From contig MU271637.1 of NCBI GenBank assembly GCA_021432655.1, positions 1 to 36,751 on the forward strand: DNA of 36,751 nt, given 5' to 3'. The notes below the pieces were generated by a model that saw only the letters and a program-made list of their open reading frames with translations, ran no database searches and was not told where the DNA came from. A program made the position numbers and the translations under genes. Source of the DNA: Atractiella rhizophila. Lineage: Eukaryota. Below, piece by piece: positions 11,219 to 22,129 of the stretch. Position 1 is the stretch's first letter, and each line of letters opens with the position of its first letter.

Positions 11219-13154
11219 TCAAAACATATTAGCCAAAGCGCTAGCAGCCATCCTAGCATCCACCACCCCTCTCTCCTCCTTCTGTACCGCCTGGGTTGGG
11301 TGGACGTACATGCTCTGGCTCATCATCTGCGCGTTCGGCTGCAGGTGAGCTGGCGCCATCCCGCTCCCGTTCTGCGGAGGGAGAGAGGGAACAGATTGAC
11401 TTGGATGTTGGTGGACATGAAGTGGTGGTGCAGAAGAGGGAATCTGTTGCTGTGGACGTCCATCTGAGATGGTAGCTGTCGAAGAAGGGATCGTAGAAGA
11501 GGTATCGATCCTTGCCAGTCTGTAGTACCAATTGAACAGGTTATTCGTCCATCATTGACTTGAGAAGAAGAAAGAGACGAACAGAGGTTTACACATCTCC
11601 AATTCCTTCAGTATCTGCTTCTCGTAGATCAGACTACTCCTCGCCTGCTCGACGACTGCAGCGACGAGGTCGGCGTGAGAGTGCTTCGCATGCGTCTTCA
11701 TCGACGGCGTCAGATGTTCGTTCAATGCGGAGATCTTCTGTGCGAGCGTGCTCTCAAGCGTCGTGGCCTACCGTGAACCCAAAAGTTTAGAAACAAACGG
11801 CAAGAAGTAAGAAGAAGAAAACAAACCCCCCCAAACCCCCCAAAGCCCCCGCCAACCCAACAACGGGACGAGTCCCCTTCAAACTCCCCAACGTCCTCCC
11901 CCTAATGAAAACCGTCCTCCCCCCAATCCCAAAACCCTCCAAAAAGGCCCCCCCGCCCCCAAACCGTTCCCGGTCCAAAATCAAACAAACCGCCCCCCTC
12001 AAAAAAGCAAGGGGAAACAAAGACGGGAAACAAAGCAAGAAATGCCCACTCACCTTGGCACCCTTAGCGTTCCCAGCCTGGTACGCCAACACATCTCCCA
12101 ACGTAACGGCCACACAAGTAGCCTCCGACGCCTCGTAGTCGCCCATTGAGTGAAGGGTGCGGGACAAGAGGTTGACGGCCTGGTTGAGGGAGGGATTGGT
12201 CACTGAAGGAGGGGTGAGGTTCAAAGCGAGGAGGCGTTCAGAGACGAGGATGTGGTTCGTTGCGAGAGCTTTCCGGCGCTTAGGTCAGCTTATCGTCTTC
12301 ATGCAAGCTTCAGCCAGCTTACAGGTACGCATCTTCGCCATTCGGTCTATCACGTTCGCTCCTTCCCCAAAGGTACTCTCGATGCGTGACATCTCTATCT
12401 TGGTTTGACTGAGAGGGTCGACCTCTGCGGATTTGGATTTGGAGAGGGGATTCTTGAATCCAGTCACACCAGAAGAGGAGGAGGAAGCCTTCTTCTTATT
12501 CGATATCGGAGTATACTGTTAAAATTCCTGCGTCAGCACACCAAAGAGGAACAGAAGCGGCAAAGGACAAACCCCAAAATCATTTTCCACAAACACTCGA
12601 AACTCTTCGTCCACGACCAGTATCTTCGTCTCAATGATTCGAGTGAACCACTTCTGGAAGTTCCCTTTCACGATCTTCTCGTCCTCTTCAGCCGTAGGTG
12701 CGCTCGTTTGTGGAAGTGGGAGCGCTGGAATGACGATTTGAGGATTGGAGGCTGCCAGTGCATCGAGAAGACGGAGGAATTCGGTGTAGGAGCGAGAGAC
12801 GGATTTATATCGAGCGCTTCTGAACGACGGTATGTTGGTCTATTCAACGAGTGCAAAAATCGTTAGCAGACGAGTAAGAAGAGAGATAAGGAAGAGTAAA
12901 ACCTCAGCGTCAAACTTGATCCATAAATCTCTCCTGTTCCTCTCAATACCCAACACCCAAACCTTGAACCAGTTCTCCTGCACTCTTGACACCTGACCCT
13001 GAGCCGTAATTGGGGTAGAGGGGACGGAGGGCGAGCGGAGTCCACGTTCAGTTTGGGAGATGGGCGAGCGCGGCGACAGGGGGCGAGTGAGGTGCTGCTG
13101 GGGCTGTGAGGGAGACGGCGCGGAGAGTGGGTCGTAGTAGCTGGAGGTGTTCAT
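11219..13154 (-). CDS. vps17: Retromer PX-BAR sorting nexin Vps17, full-length copy (one exon corrupted at ~11825-11970)
   Basis: Spliced product: MNTSSYYDPL...FKVWVLGIERNRRDLWIKFDAE-TNIPSFRSARYKSVSRSYTEF...NPQIVIPALPLPQTSAPTAEEDEKIVKGNFQKWFTRI...EFRVFVENDFG (Vps17-type PX domain); BAR region TLGDVLAYQAGNAKGAK...ARSSLIYEKQILKELE; C-terminus MSQSMYV...VDARMAASALANMF*. An alternative in-frame ATG lies at 13244. Confidence 0.88.
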
Positions 13155-14709
13155 GGCTCTGGGTACTTGGGTGTGAGGATTTGGAGGATTTGGAGGTGAA
13201 GTCGTTCGGGTTTGGGAGAACAAGTACGCAGTCGTTTCTGCCATGATCCTTCTTCTTTCCGTCCGACGGCTCCGAACTTGCTAATGTCTTTGATTTCCAA
13301 TTCCCAATTTAGCAGGCGAGTGCAATTTAATATTGAGCATTGTATCCATTGCTCAATTGATCAAATGCCTACGTAAACATGGTTTTAAAGGCTCAGTTAA
13401 CAGGCTAGGGAAGGAATTAAGGAGAGGAGGAAAGATGTTAGCTCGTACACTCTTGACAAGACATGTCCCAATGGTCAACTTTTATCAACAACTGCATTAC
13501 TCCCAAAGCTTCAATACCTTCATACCAAGTTGCCGTTAGAGTCCCCAAAGCAACAAACTTTCTTGAGCATGCAGTGAAGAGTTGAGTGCACTATTATATG
13601 AATTACCATATTACCCTGCAATTAAATCCGATATTGAATAAGAGGTTTCCTACAGATTCATTTTTCTTTCGATAAGGTTCTCAATTCTTTCCAGCGATAA
13701 GCGCAGAAAAGCAATAGCGATACCTAAAAGCATTGTAATAGTCGCTAGATATTGCATGTCTATTTCTCACATCCATCGATGCATCTTCCTTGATTCAATA
13801 TTCTGCATTTGTTCGCATTGAGTCGATCTTTCTATTCTATTCTCTCCACCGCAAACCAAGGTGAATCCGTCACTCAGGAATAGGAGCAACAACTTTCAAG
13901 TTGTGTTGCATTTTGTAGTTGGAGCAGGCACAAGACGCTGAGACAAAATTACAGTATACTGATGTACGGGTTCATTAAGCAGAACACGTCGGCCTCCTTG
14001 GCTTCAATTCACAGTACTTCTACGCTGACACGATTTGTTCAAAGTCGAAAGAACCAATCGGAGAAGTGTGAGAAACTGGAACTGTTACCATGAGCATCCA
14101 AAGAACGTGGACTTGGAGAAGACTTTCTGAAGGTTCAGTGTTGTGTGCCAATTTCGAAGATGAATGTGCTGAGCGGTGAACATTTACTGTCCTGCAATGC
14201 TTGAACGCTTGAAAAAAAGCTCCGGTGCTTTTCAGGCCCGACTGACATAGTATTTGTTGGTGCTTCAGGAACATGGAGGAGAGCCGATTCTCAATCAAAG
14301 AAACTCATATTTCCTCATGTAATTTCGGTATCCGACGATGGTGGCTTAACCAAGTGTGCACAATTGGAGAGATACTCGTTCTGCCGAGGAAGTGGAGGGA
14401 TTAATGGGAAACGAGGAGAAACGAGGAGATCGCAGGAGAAGGTAGACACCAGCGCTCGTTCCACTTCACAGCTTGAGATTATCGATTTGTGACAGTTAAA
14501 AGCTTGCAATCTTAGCATGACAGCGAGCTCGAGAACCCGACAGGTCGTCAGAAAGTTGCCCAAAGCAGACCAAAGCCCAAAGACCCAAACCAAAGGAAAA
14601 GAAGGATTTTCTGGAAAGGTCCCCAAGCCGATGCCGGACACCCGACCCGCATTTCGTCAACTCTCTCCCGCTTTTCTCTTTTTAAGCTGTTTCAGCGACG
14701 ACCACCTCG

Positions 14710-14714
<5 letters not shown>
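12155..14714. repeat. Tandem direct duplication, copy A (~2.56 kb: 5' part of vps17 plus upstream region)
   Basis: Colinear with 14746-17326. Both copies begin gggtgcgggacaagagg and end gacgaccacctcgattat. Exons are near-identical; introns and the upstream region carry more substitutions and indels. Confidence 0.97.

Positions 14715-14745
<31 letters not shown>
14715..14745 (+). repeat. Poly(A) tract, 31 nt, exactly at the duplication junction
   Basis: Uninterrupted A run between ...cctcgattat and gggtgcggg...; absent at the equivalent positions of the other copy (17327 onward, and 12153-12154, which has only AA). Confidence 0.97.
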
Positions 14746-14748
<3 letters not shown>

Positions 14749-15762
14749 TGCGGGACAAGAGGTTGACGGCCTGGTTGAGGGAGGGATTGGTCACTGAAGG
14801 AGGGGTGAGGTTCAAAGCGAGGAGGCGTTCAGAGACGAGGATGTGGTTCGTTGCGAGAGCTTTCCGGCGCTTAGATCAGCTTATCGTCTTCATCCAGATG
14901 GATGGGATGCATGATGAAGCTTCAGCTTACAGGTACGCATCTTCGCCATTCGGTCTATCACGTTCGCTCCTTCCCCAAAGGTACTCTCGATGCGTGACAT
15001 CTCTATCTTGGTTTGACTGAGAGGGTCGACCTCTGCGGATTTGGATTTGGAGAGGGGATTCTTGAATCCAGTCACACCAGAAGAGGAGGAGGAAGCCTTC
15101 TTCTTATTCGATATCGGAGTATACTGTTAAAATTCCTGCGTCAGCACACCAAAGAGGAACAGAAGCGGCAAAGGACAAACCCCAAAATCATTTTCCACAA
15201 ACACTCGAAACTCTTCGTCCACGACCAGTATCTTCGTCTCAATGATTCGAGTGAACCACTTCTGGAAGTTCCCTTTCACGATCTTCTCGTCCTCTTCAGC
15301 CGTAGGTGCGCTCGTTTGTGGAAGTGGGAGCGCTGGAATGACGATTTGAGGATTGGAGGCTGCCAGTGCATCGAGAAGACGGAGGAATTCTGTGTAGGAG
15401 CGAGAGACGGATTTATATCGAGCGCTTCTGAACGACGGTATGTTGGTCTATTCAACGAGTGCAAAAATCGTTAGCAGAGGAGTAAGAAGAGAGATAAGGA
15501 AGAGTAAAACCTCAGCGTCAAACTTGATCCATAAATCTCTCCTGTTCCTCTCGATACCCAACACCCACACCTTGAACCAGTTCTCCTGCACTCTTGACAC
15601 CTGACCCTGAGCCGTGATTGGGGTAGAGGGGACGGAGGGCGAGCGGAGTCCACGTTCCGTTTGGGAGATGGGCGAGCGCGGCGACAGGGGGCGAGTGAGG
15701 TGCTGCTGGGGCTGTGAGGGAGAGGGCGCGGAGAGTGGGTCGTAGTAGCTGGAGGTGTTCAT
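14746..15762 (-). pseudogene. vps17: 3'-truncated second copy (or second allele) of vps17
   Basis: Same exons as copy A from MNTSSYYDPL to ...AVNLLSRTL, after which the frame runs into poly(T) (Phe run) and a TAA at 14711-14713. The C-terminal part of the BAR domain is missing. Confidence 0.8.
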
Positions 15763-17326
15763 GGCTCTGGGTACTTGGGTGTGAGGATTTGGAGGATTTG
15801 GAGGTGAAGTCGTTCGGGTTTGGGAGAACAAGTACGCAGTCGTTTCTGCCATGATCCTTCTTCTTTCCGTCCGTCGGCTCCGAATTTGCCAATGTCTTGT
15901 TTTCCAATTCCCAATTTAGGAGGCACGTGCGATTTAATATTGAGCGTTGTGTCGATTCCTCAATTGATCAAATGCCTGCACGAAAATCGATTACAGGCTC
16001 AGTTGACAGGCCAGGGAAGGAATCAAAGAGGGAGAAGGAACGGTGCTAGCTCGTATGCTCCTGAAAATACTTTCCCGAATATTAAACGTTTATTAACAAC
16101 TGCATTGCTCCCAAAGCTTCAATACCTTCATACCAAGTTGCCGTTAGAGTCCCCAAAGCAACAAACTTTCTTGAGCATGCAGTGAAGAGTTGAGTGCACC
16201 ATATTCATTGGGGCAATTAAATGTGAATTACCCTATTGCCATGCGATCAAATGCGATATTTGATACCATATAATCATTTTCCTCTCGATGCGATTCTCAT
16301 TTCTGTCCAGTAATGAGCACCGAGGGGCAACGGCGATGCCTGAAGGTAGTGTAATAGTCGCTAGATATTGCATGTCTATTTTTCACACATCGATGCATCG
16401 TCCTTGATTCAATATTCTGCATTTGTTCGGATTGAGTCAATATATCTATTCTATTCTCTCCACCGCAACCAAGGTGCGAATCCGTCACTCAGGAATAAGA
16501 AGAACACCTTTCAAGTTGTGTTGCATTTTGTAGTTGGAGCAGGCACAAGACGCTGAGACAAAATTACAGTATACTGATGTACGGGTTCATTAAGCAGAAC
16601 ACGTCCGCCTCCTTGGCTTCAATTCACAGTACTTCTACGCTGACACGATTTGTTCAAAGTCGAAAGAACTAATCGGAGAAGTGTGAGAAACTGGAACTGT
16701 TACTATGAGCATCCACAAAACGTGGACTTGGAGAAGACTTTCTGAAGGTTCAGCGTTGTGTGCAAATTTTGAAAGCTGAACGTGCTGAGCGGTGATCATT
16801 TACTGTACTGCAATGCTTGAACGCTTGAAGAAAAGCTCAGGTGCTTTTCAGGCACAACTGACATAGTATTTGTTGGTGCTTCAGGAAGAGGAGACCCGAT
16901 TCCCAATCAAAGAAACTCATATTTCCTCATGTAATTTCGGTATCCGACGATGGTGGCTTAACCAAGTATGCACAATTGGAGAGATACTTGTTCTGCCGAG
17001 GAAGTGGAGGGATTAATGGGGAACGAGGAGAAACCAGGAGATCTCAGGAGAAGGTGGACACCAGTGCTCGTTCCACTTCACAGCTTGAGATTATCGATTT
17101 ATAACAGTTAAAAGCTTGCAATCTTAGCATGACAGCGAGCTCGAGAACCCGACAGGTCGTCAGAAAATTGCCCAAAGCAGACCAAAGCCCAAAGACCCAA
17201 ACCAAAGGAAAAGAAGGATTTTCTGGAAAGGTCCCCAAGCCGATGCCGGACACCCGACCCGCATTTCGTCAACTCTCTCCCGCTTTTCTCTTTTTAAGCT
17301 GTTTCAGCGACGACCACCTCGATTAT
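14746..17326. repeat. Tandem direct duplication, copy B
   Basis: Colinear with 12155-14714, offset about 2591-2612 nt. Confidence 0.97.
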
Positions 17327-17647
17327 TTGCTCGACGTTACTCAAGTCCAGCTCTTTCGAGTGTCCATACTAACGACACAGGTCCGCCCAAACAGCAAGGC
17401 AAGGGATTGGAGTCGCAACCAGTGTACCATTCAGTGAGTGATCTGTGCTTCCGAAGCAGTGGCGGTCGTCGGGGCGTTGAGACGCTTCTTTTCCCTTTCC
17501 TTTGTGACGAAACATTCTTAAAGGGGACAACACCTTTCTTGAATGTCGAGAAAGCGAGCAACAAGAGGGAAAGGGACAAGCACTGACCTTTGTTCTCGCA
17601 GTCATCTCAACTTGTTGTCGTGTTTCGGTAAACAACGAATTCCAACG

Positions 17648-19365
17648 ATGGAACCCGACGCACCCCTGAACGCATCAGCGACGGTGGCTACCCCTTCAAC
17701 GCCCACTCAACAGCAACCCAAACTTTTCACGACCACGCGTTCCCCTTTCAGCCTCCAGCCGGCACCCGTCGGCAGAACCCAAGCGAATCCCCTGTCGACG
17801 GGACATGTCACCTCTTCGAGAGCGAGCCCTACCGCGAGCCCTACCGCGAGCCCTACCGCGAGCCCATTGCAGAGAAGCAAGACTTGGTCTCCCGCTATGA
17901 AGAGGCTTGGTACTCCTAGATCGCCTTTGCTGTCGGATCCAGAGGTGGATGAGGAGAAATATAAGGGTGTTCTCAGACCACGAGAGAGGAAGATGTGGGT
18001 TAATTCTGGGGTTGGAAAAGTGGTGAGACGAATGAAGAACTCGGTGCGTTCCTCTTGCTCCCTATTTTTAAGAGGGTGTGAAACTGAGTGACAATCGACT
18101 ATTTAAAGGTCAACCTTTCCTCAAGTGCCGGATTCAGTCCTCCTCCACCTCAACCCCCTCCTCTCCGTCGATCATTCTCCTCACACTCTACTCCAACCAC
18201 TCCAGTCAGCCCCGTGAACTTACAATCGCCCACGTTTCCTTCCTCGTCACCGACTTCAGCCCCAATGTCTCGCCGTCCCTCACCGATCGTCACCACCGCA
18301 CTATCTCCCCGCTCACCCACTTCCGCTTCTCCTCGTCCGCTCTCCCCAAGGAAGAAGGCATTCGACATCCCCGTGCTCTCATCCTCCAAAAGAGAACGAT
18401 TGTCCTCAGGAGGTGAACCGAAGACACCGGGTTCGCCTTCGAAGAGGATGAAGAAGGCGATGCCTCCTCCGTCCAGCGTGATCAAGGAAGAAGATGAGGA
18501 AGCCGAAGCTGAAGGCGAGGAGGAACCTGTCGGTACCGGTCTTGGATTGGGAGGAGTCGGGTTGGGTCTGGAGAGACCTTTTCAGCGTCTGTCCTTGAGT
18601 AGTTTGCAGAGTGTGGAGGAGGAATCGTCGTCGGATTTCTCGGATGAAGAACCAATCCCTCCCTCCCCACTCTCGAGACCAGGAAGCGCGACCAGAAGAG
18701 GATTCTATAGCCTTAACTCACCGAAGACGAGCAACGAACGTTCTTCTACCCCCGAACTCCTTCCTCTGTCCCCACTTTCCCCCTTTGCTAGTAGTCCGTC
18801 CGATTACTTTTTCCGGGCATCCACCCCCACGAGGATGAGCAGTGCGTCGGGGAGCGAGGCGAGTTTGGAAAGGATTGAGGAGGAGGAAGAGCCGAATGAG
18901 GAACCGAATGAAGATGAGGTGAGGTTGAAGAAGAGACCTAGGTGGAAGAGACCGGAGAAAAGGAGGTGGCCTAGTGTGACGAAGATTCCTGCGTTGGCGG
19001 ATGTGAAGGAGGAAGAGGAGGAGAGGGATTCCTCTGAGGCTAGAGATAAGGGGAAGGAGAGGGAGATGGACGGAGATGAAGAGAGGAGGAGGAGGAGGAC
19101 TTCGTGGCTTACGATTGGGAATAGTAGTACGGATGTGACGAGTGAAGAGGGTGAGATGGAGAGCGACCTGGAGAGTAATTGGAGCAGAGGAACTAGTGTG
19201 ACTTCTATGAGTGCAAACGAGGGACCTGGAGGGATGGTCGGAGGCATGATTGGAGGGAGAAGGAAGAGTTTGGAGAGAAGGAATGGGAGTGGGAGAGAGG
19301 AGAGGAGGGAGAGCTTGGAGAAGGTCCTCGAGGAAGAAGAGCATGAGGAGGCTTTCCCTCTATGA
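17648..19365 (+). CDS. Ser/Pro-rich, then Glu/Arg-rich, probably intrinsically disordered protein of unknown function
   Basis: Exon 1 from MEPDAPL (17648) to ...RRMKNS, intron gtgcgt...tttaaag (18044-18108), then in-phase exon 2 VNLSSSAG... to ...EEAFPL* (19365). Many SP motifs and basic NLS-like clusters (KKRPRWKRPEKRR). Confidence 0.8.
17822..17865 (+). repeat. Coding 12-bp tandem repeat (GCGAGCCCTACC x3.7) encoding ASPT repeats
   Basis: gcgagccctacc gcgagccctacc gcgagccctacc gcgagccc, identical units. Confidence 0.95.
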
Positions 19366-20229
19366 TCGTGCACATGTCTTTGTCTCAATCTGTGAGTGTT
19401 GTCTTGTCTGTCTTCCACGTCCACGTTAGACTGACTACGTCTTGCCCTGTTAGAACGGTTTGAACGACTTATGACCACTCATGATCTCTTCTCGTCCATC
19501 AATCTCTGTACCATTTCGTCCCCAGCACGCACTCCTGCAAGAAGGATCGTCACTCTCCCTCCTATTTCTAATCATAATCTTGCTCCTTGGTTGTCGGTCC
19601 AAATATCCTGTTTGGCGCCGAATCTTCGATCATCGCTGCCTCCTCAGCCTCCCATACTGTCGTTCCGTCGTTCTTTCCGCTTACGCTTACATCTCCATCT
19701 CCTCCAATCTCATTCGTTGGTTTATTGACTCTTGGGAACTCAAAACAGACACATTGTACTCGCACTTCTATCTCAGCTCAGTTCAGCTCAGATCAATTTC
19801 GTCCATTCAATCGAACAAGCAGCTTATAATTCAACACATATATTCAAATTGCTTTTTCCTTCAAGTATTCAATCAATCGATCCATTTATCAATTTAGTTT
19901 GGTATGTCGAAACTATCAGAAAAATTTGTCATCCTCTTCGTTTCTTCGAATGTGGTGTTCCCAGGTGATATACCTCTCGTCTTTGTTGTTTATCCTCAAC
20001 CCACAGTAATTCAATTTGCGTTCATGAGCTTCATTCAGCTGATTCACGTTAACTCTAACCGTCAGCTCCCCTCACTTCCCTCAACAGCGTCCAAGTCACA
20101 TACACATCGAAGTAGCATTTTTCTTTGTTTTCGAAGAGCGAACTGAAGGATCAGAGCCCTAAGTAAGCTGGACCTCAAGAACAGTGTCTCAAAAATGGCG
20201 CAGTGAGAGAGAGATATTGATACAATGCA

Positions 20230-21645
20230 CTACGCATGTCTCTCCAATTCTATTCCCACTTTGTCGAAGCACCAAGAATACCTCTGCTGAATCTCTGTCC
20301 CTTTAATGGCATTCATCGCATTGGGCCCGAGAGAAAGTGTCCTCAAATTCTCCCACCCTCCTTCCCTCTTTTGCACAAGCAGTGACTCTAGCACATGAGC
20401 CCAAACATCCGAAAGCTCCAAAGGGCTATATTTTGAGAGGACAGAGCCATAGAGCTCGCGAACTCCTTCAAGATGGTCATCCGATCCTTCGGGATGAATC
20501 GAAAAGGTGTCGATTTGAAGGAATGTGACCTCAGCATATGAAAAATAGCCAAGGATTTGATCGAGGGGTAACGAGGACGGGTTGCTGCTATCCTCAGCCA
20601 CCTGCAGGATCAAACGTTGTATTTGACCTCGGAAGGAGGGAGAAGTCTCCACAGAACGTTGAGTGAAGATCGCCGATAGAAAGGAGAGAGACTCCAATGA
20701 TTGGTCAGGCTGAAGGTCAGCGTCTATGTCACCAAAACTGACCGTGCAAGGATCCATTCCTCTACCTTCCACTTTCACATGTTTTAGAAGGACCCCTCGA
20801 TTCGCTCGAAGTGACGTTATTGAAAGCTCTTTGGACCGGAAGGTGACGCTTCGGAGGCCAGCAGGCAGCGGGTGTAGTAAGGGGTCACGAAGGTAGTCAA
20901 CGTCCAAAATGATTGACCTTAGAGACACCTCGGGGTGAAGAGCGCACAGGGAGTGTCGGAAAAAATATTGAGAATCATAGAGAACTGAGTTTCTTGATAG
21001 GTCTAAATGATGATGAATGAGAGATAATTCGATCCCGGGTTTTTGTCTCAAGGGCAGAAAAAGCTCTCGTAACACATCGCTATATAGTTGTTCGAGATCA
21101 ACTGGATCAAGCTGATAAAAGTGATCTGGTTGCCAAAACGAGATGCTGACAGACTCTACTTCGTTGTCCGATGAAGAGAAGACACGGGCCATGCGCAATC
21201 TAGCTGCGGTGCAGAAGCTGAAGACTCGATTTTCGTCCAGCCAAACGGCCAGCGATCCCATCTCCCAAGGATTTCGTCTGACTTCTTTGGTTTGTCCAAG
21301 GTATCCGAAAACAAGAACAATATGGACAGATCGCGCGAAATCGAGGTATTTGGAAGGAATCACGTCCAATTCGCGTGGGTATATCGGTGTCTGTTCTTCG
21401 AAACGAGCTGTCGAAATGCGAAGCTCGCGGAAGAGAAATGGTACAACAAGCTCGCGCAAGGATTTGGAGACGCAACTAAGCGACAGGAGCACTCCTGTCG
21501 GAGGAGTAGAGTCGAGATCCCGAGCCGATTCAATGATGCAAATTTGCAGCTCTGGTGGCAGCTTGTTGAAAGGAAAGGGAGTGCTGATTTCTTCAAGAAT
21601 TGAAGAGACCTCTGATTCGGTTTCTGTCCGTGTTTCGTTCTCCAT
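20230..21645 (-). CDS. F-box domain protein (N-terminal F-box, divergent C-terminus), uninterrupted 471-aa ORF
   Basis: FPFNKLPPELQICIIES...LLSLSCVSKSLRELVVPFLFREL fits the F-box pattern LPxE(I/L)xxxI...LxxVS(K/R)x(W/L). A possible 5'-UTR intron lies at ~21656-21738. Confidence 0.82.
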   Translation of the reverse strand: MENETRTETESEVSSILEEISTPFPFNKLPPELQICIIESARDLDSTPPTGVLLSLSCVSKSLRELVVPFLFRELRISTARFEEQTPIYPRELDVIPSKYLDFARSVHIVLVFGYLGQTKEVRRNPWEMGSLAVWLDENRVFSFCTAARLRMARVFSSSDNEVESVSISFWQPDHFYQLDPVDLEQLYSDVLRELFLPLRQKPGIELSLIHHHLDLSRNSVLYDSQYFFRHSLCALHPEVSLRSIILDVDYLRDPLLHPLPAGLRSVTFRSKELSITSLRANRGVLLKHVKVEGRGMDPCTVSFGDIDADLQPDQSLESLSFLSAIFTQRSVETSPSFRGQIQRLILQVAEDSSNPSSLPLDQILGYFSYAEVTFLQIDTFSIHPEGSDDHLEGVRELYGSVLSKYSPLELSDVWAHVLESLLVQKREGGWENLRTLSLGPNAMNAIKGTEIQQRYSWCFDKVGIELERHA

Positions 21646-21791
21646 GATTTGGCACCTAGAAGAATAACATGAGAATCACTTAATATGACATACGCGCCTT
21701 ACAATCAGACCATTCTTGTTTTTGAAAGCATTCCTTACTTGGTATCGTTGCCTGGTAATACACAGGCGTGGCTTGTCCTTTTGATGAGAAC

Positions 21792-21799
21792 CACGTGAC
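21792..21799. promoter_or_regulatory. Conserved E-box (CACGTGAC / GTCACGTG) upstream of F-box copy 1
   Basis: aaccacgtgaca is retained at an equivalent distance upstream of both F-box paralogs (21792 and 23692). Confidence 0.5.
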
Positions 21800-22129
21800 A
21801 ATTTCATTTCCTGCAACCAATGATAGGAGTTGATTTGCATTCACTTTTCATTGGCTCCGATGGGCAAAGTAGAAACTGCAAAACTGCTACCTCCCTCGAT
21901 ACGACACCGCTCTGCCGCATAGTCTTGCCTACAGCCCCAGTTCCAACATGAGCATTTATTTAGTCACCACCTCTTCGTTCATCAAGCGAACCCGAGGAGC
22001 TTTCGAATACGTGGCTGGCATTGTTTGTTAAGAGCTGTCGGTAGAAATAGTCATGGGCCTTACAATAGTTGCCAAAGACAGCGCGGTTGGTGGTTCAAGA
22101 AGAGATAAGATTCAATTGTACTCAGTCTG

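Noticed and set aside
11787..12224. Gly-rich hydrophobic C-terminus (and the Pro/Lys-rich + strand ORF 11905-12138) as a novel membrane peptide
   Set aside because: The ORF reads through an intron into the corrupted vps17 exon; its composition is a by-product of the base bias.
14715..14745. LINE/SINE or processed-pseudogene tail
   Set aside because: No element body or target-site duplication, wrong orientation for vps17 mRNA, and introns are retained.
14517..15020. 167-aa ORF with a poly-lysine tract
   Set aside because: Chimeric read-through of the poly(A) junction into the antisense strand of vps17.
11790..17326. Diversity-generating retroelement (repeat pair plus A-biased change)
   Set aside because: No reverse transcriptase is present, the A-depleted segment lies outside the duplicated unit, and differences between the copies are synonymous rather than A-specific diversification.
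18150..19478. Long minus-strand ORFs (111-224 aa)
   Set aside because: Antisense shadows of the low-complexity + strand gene.
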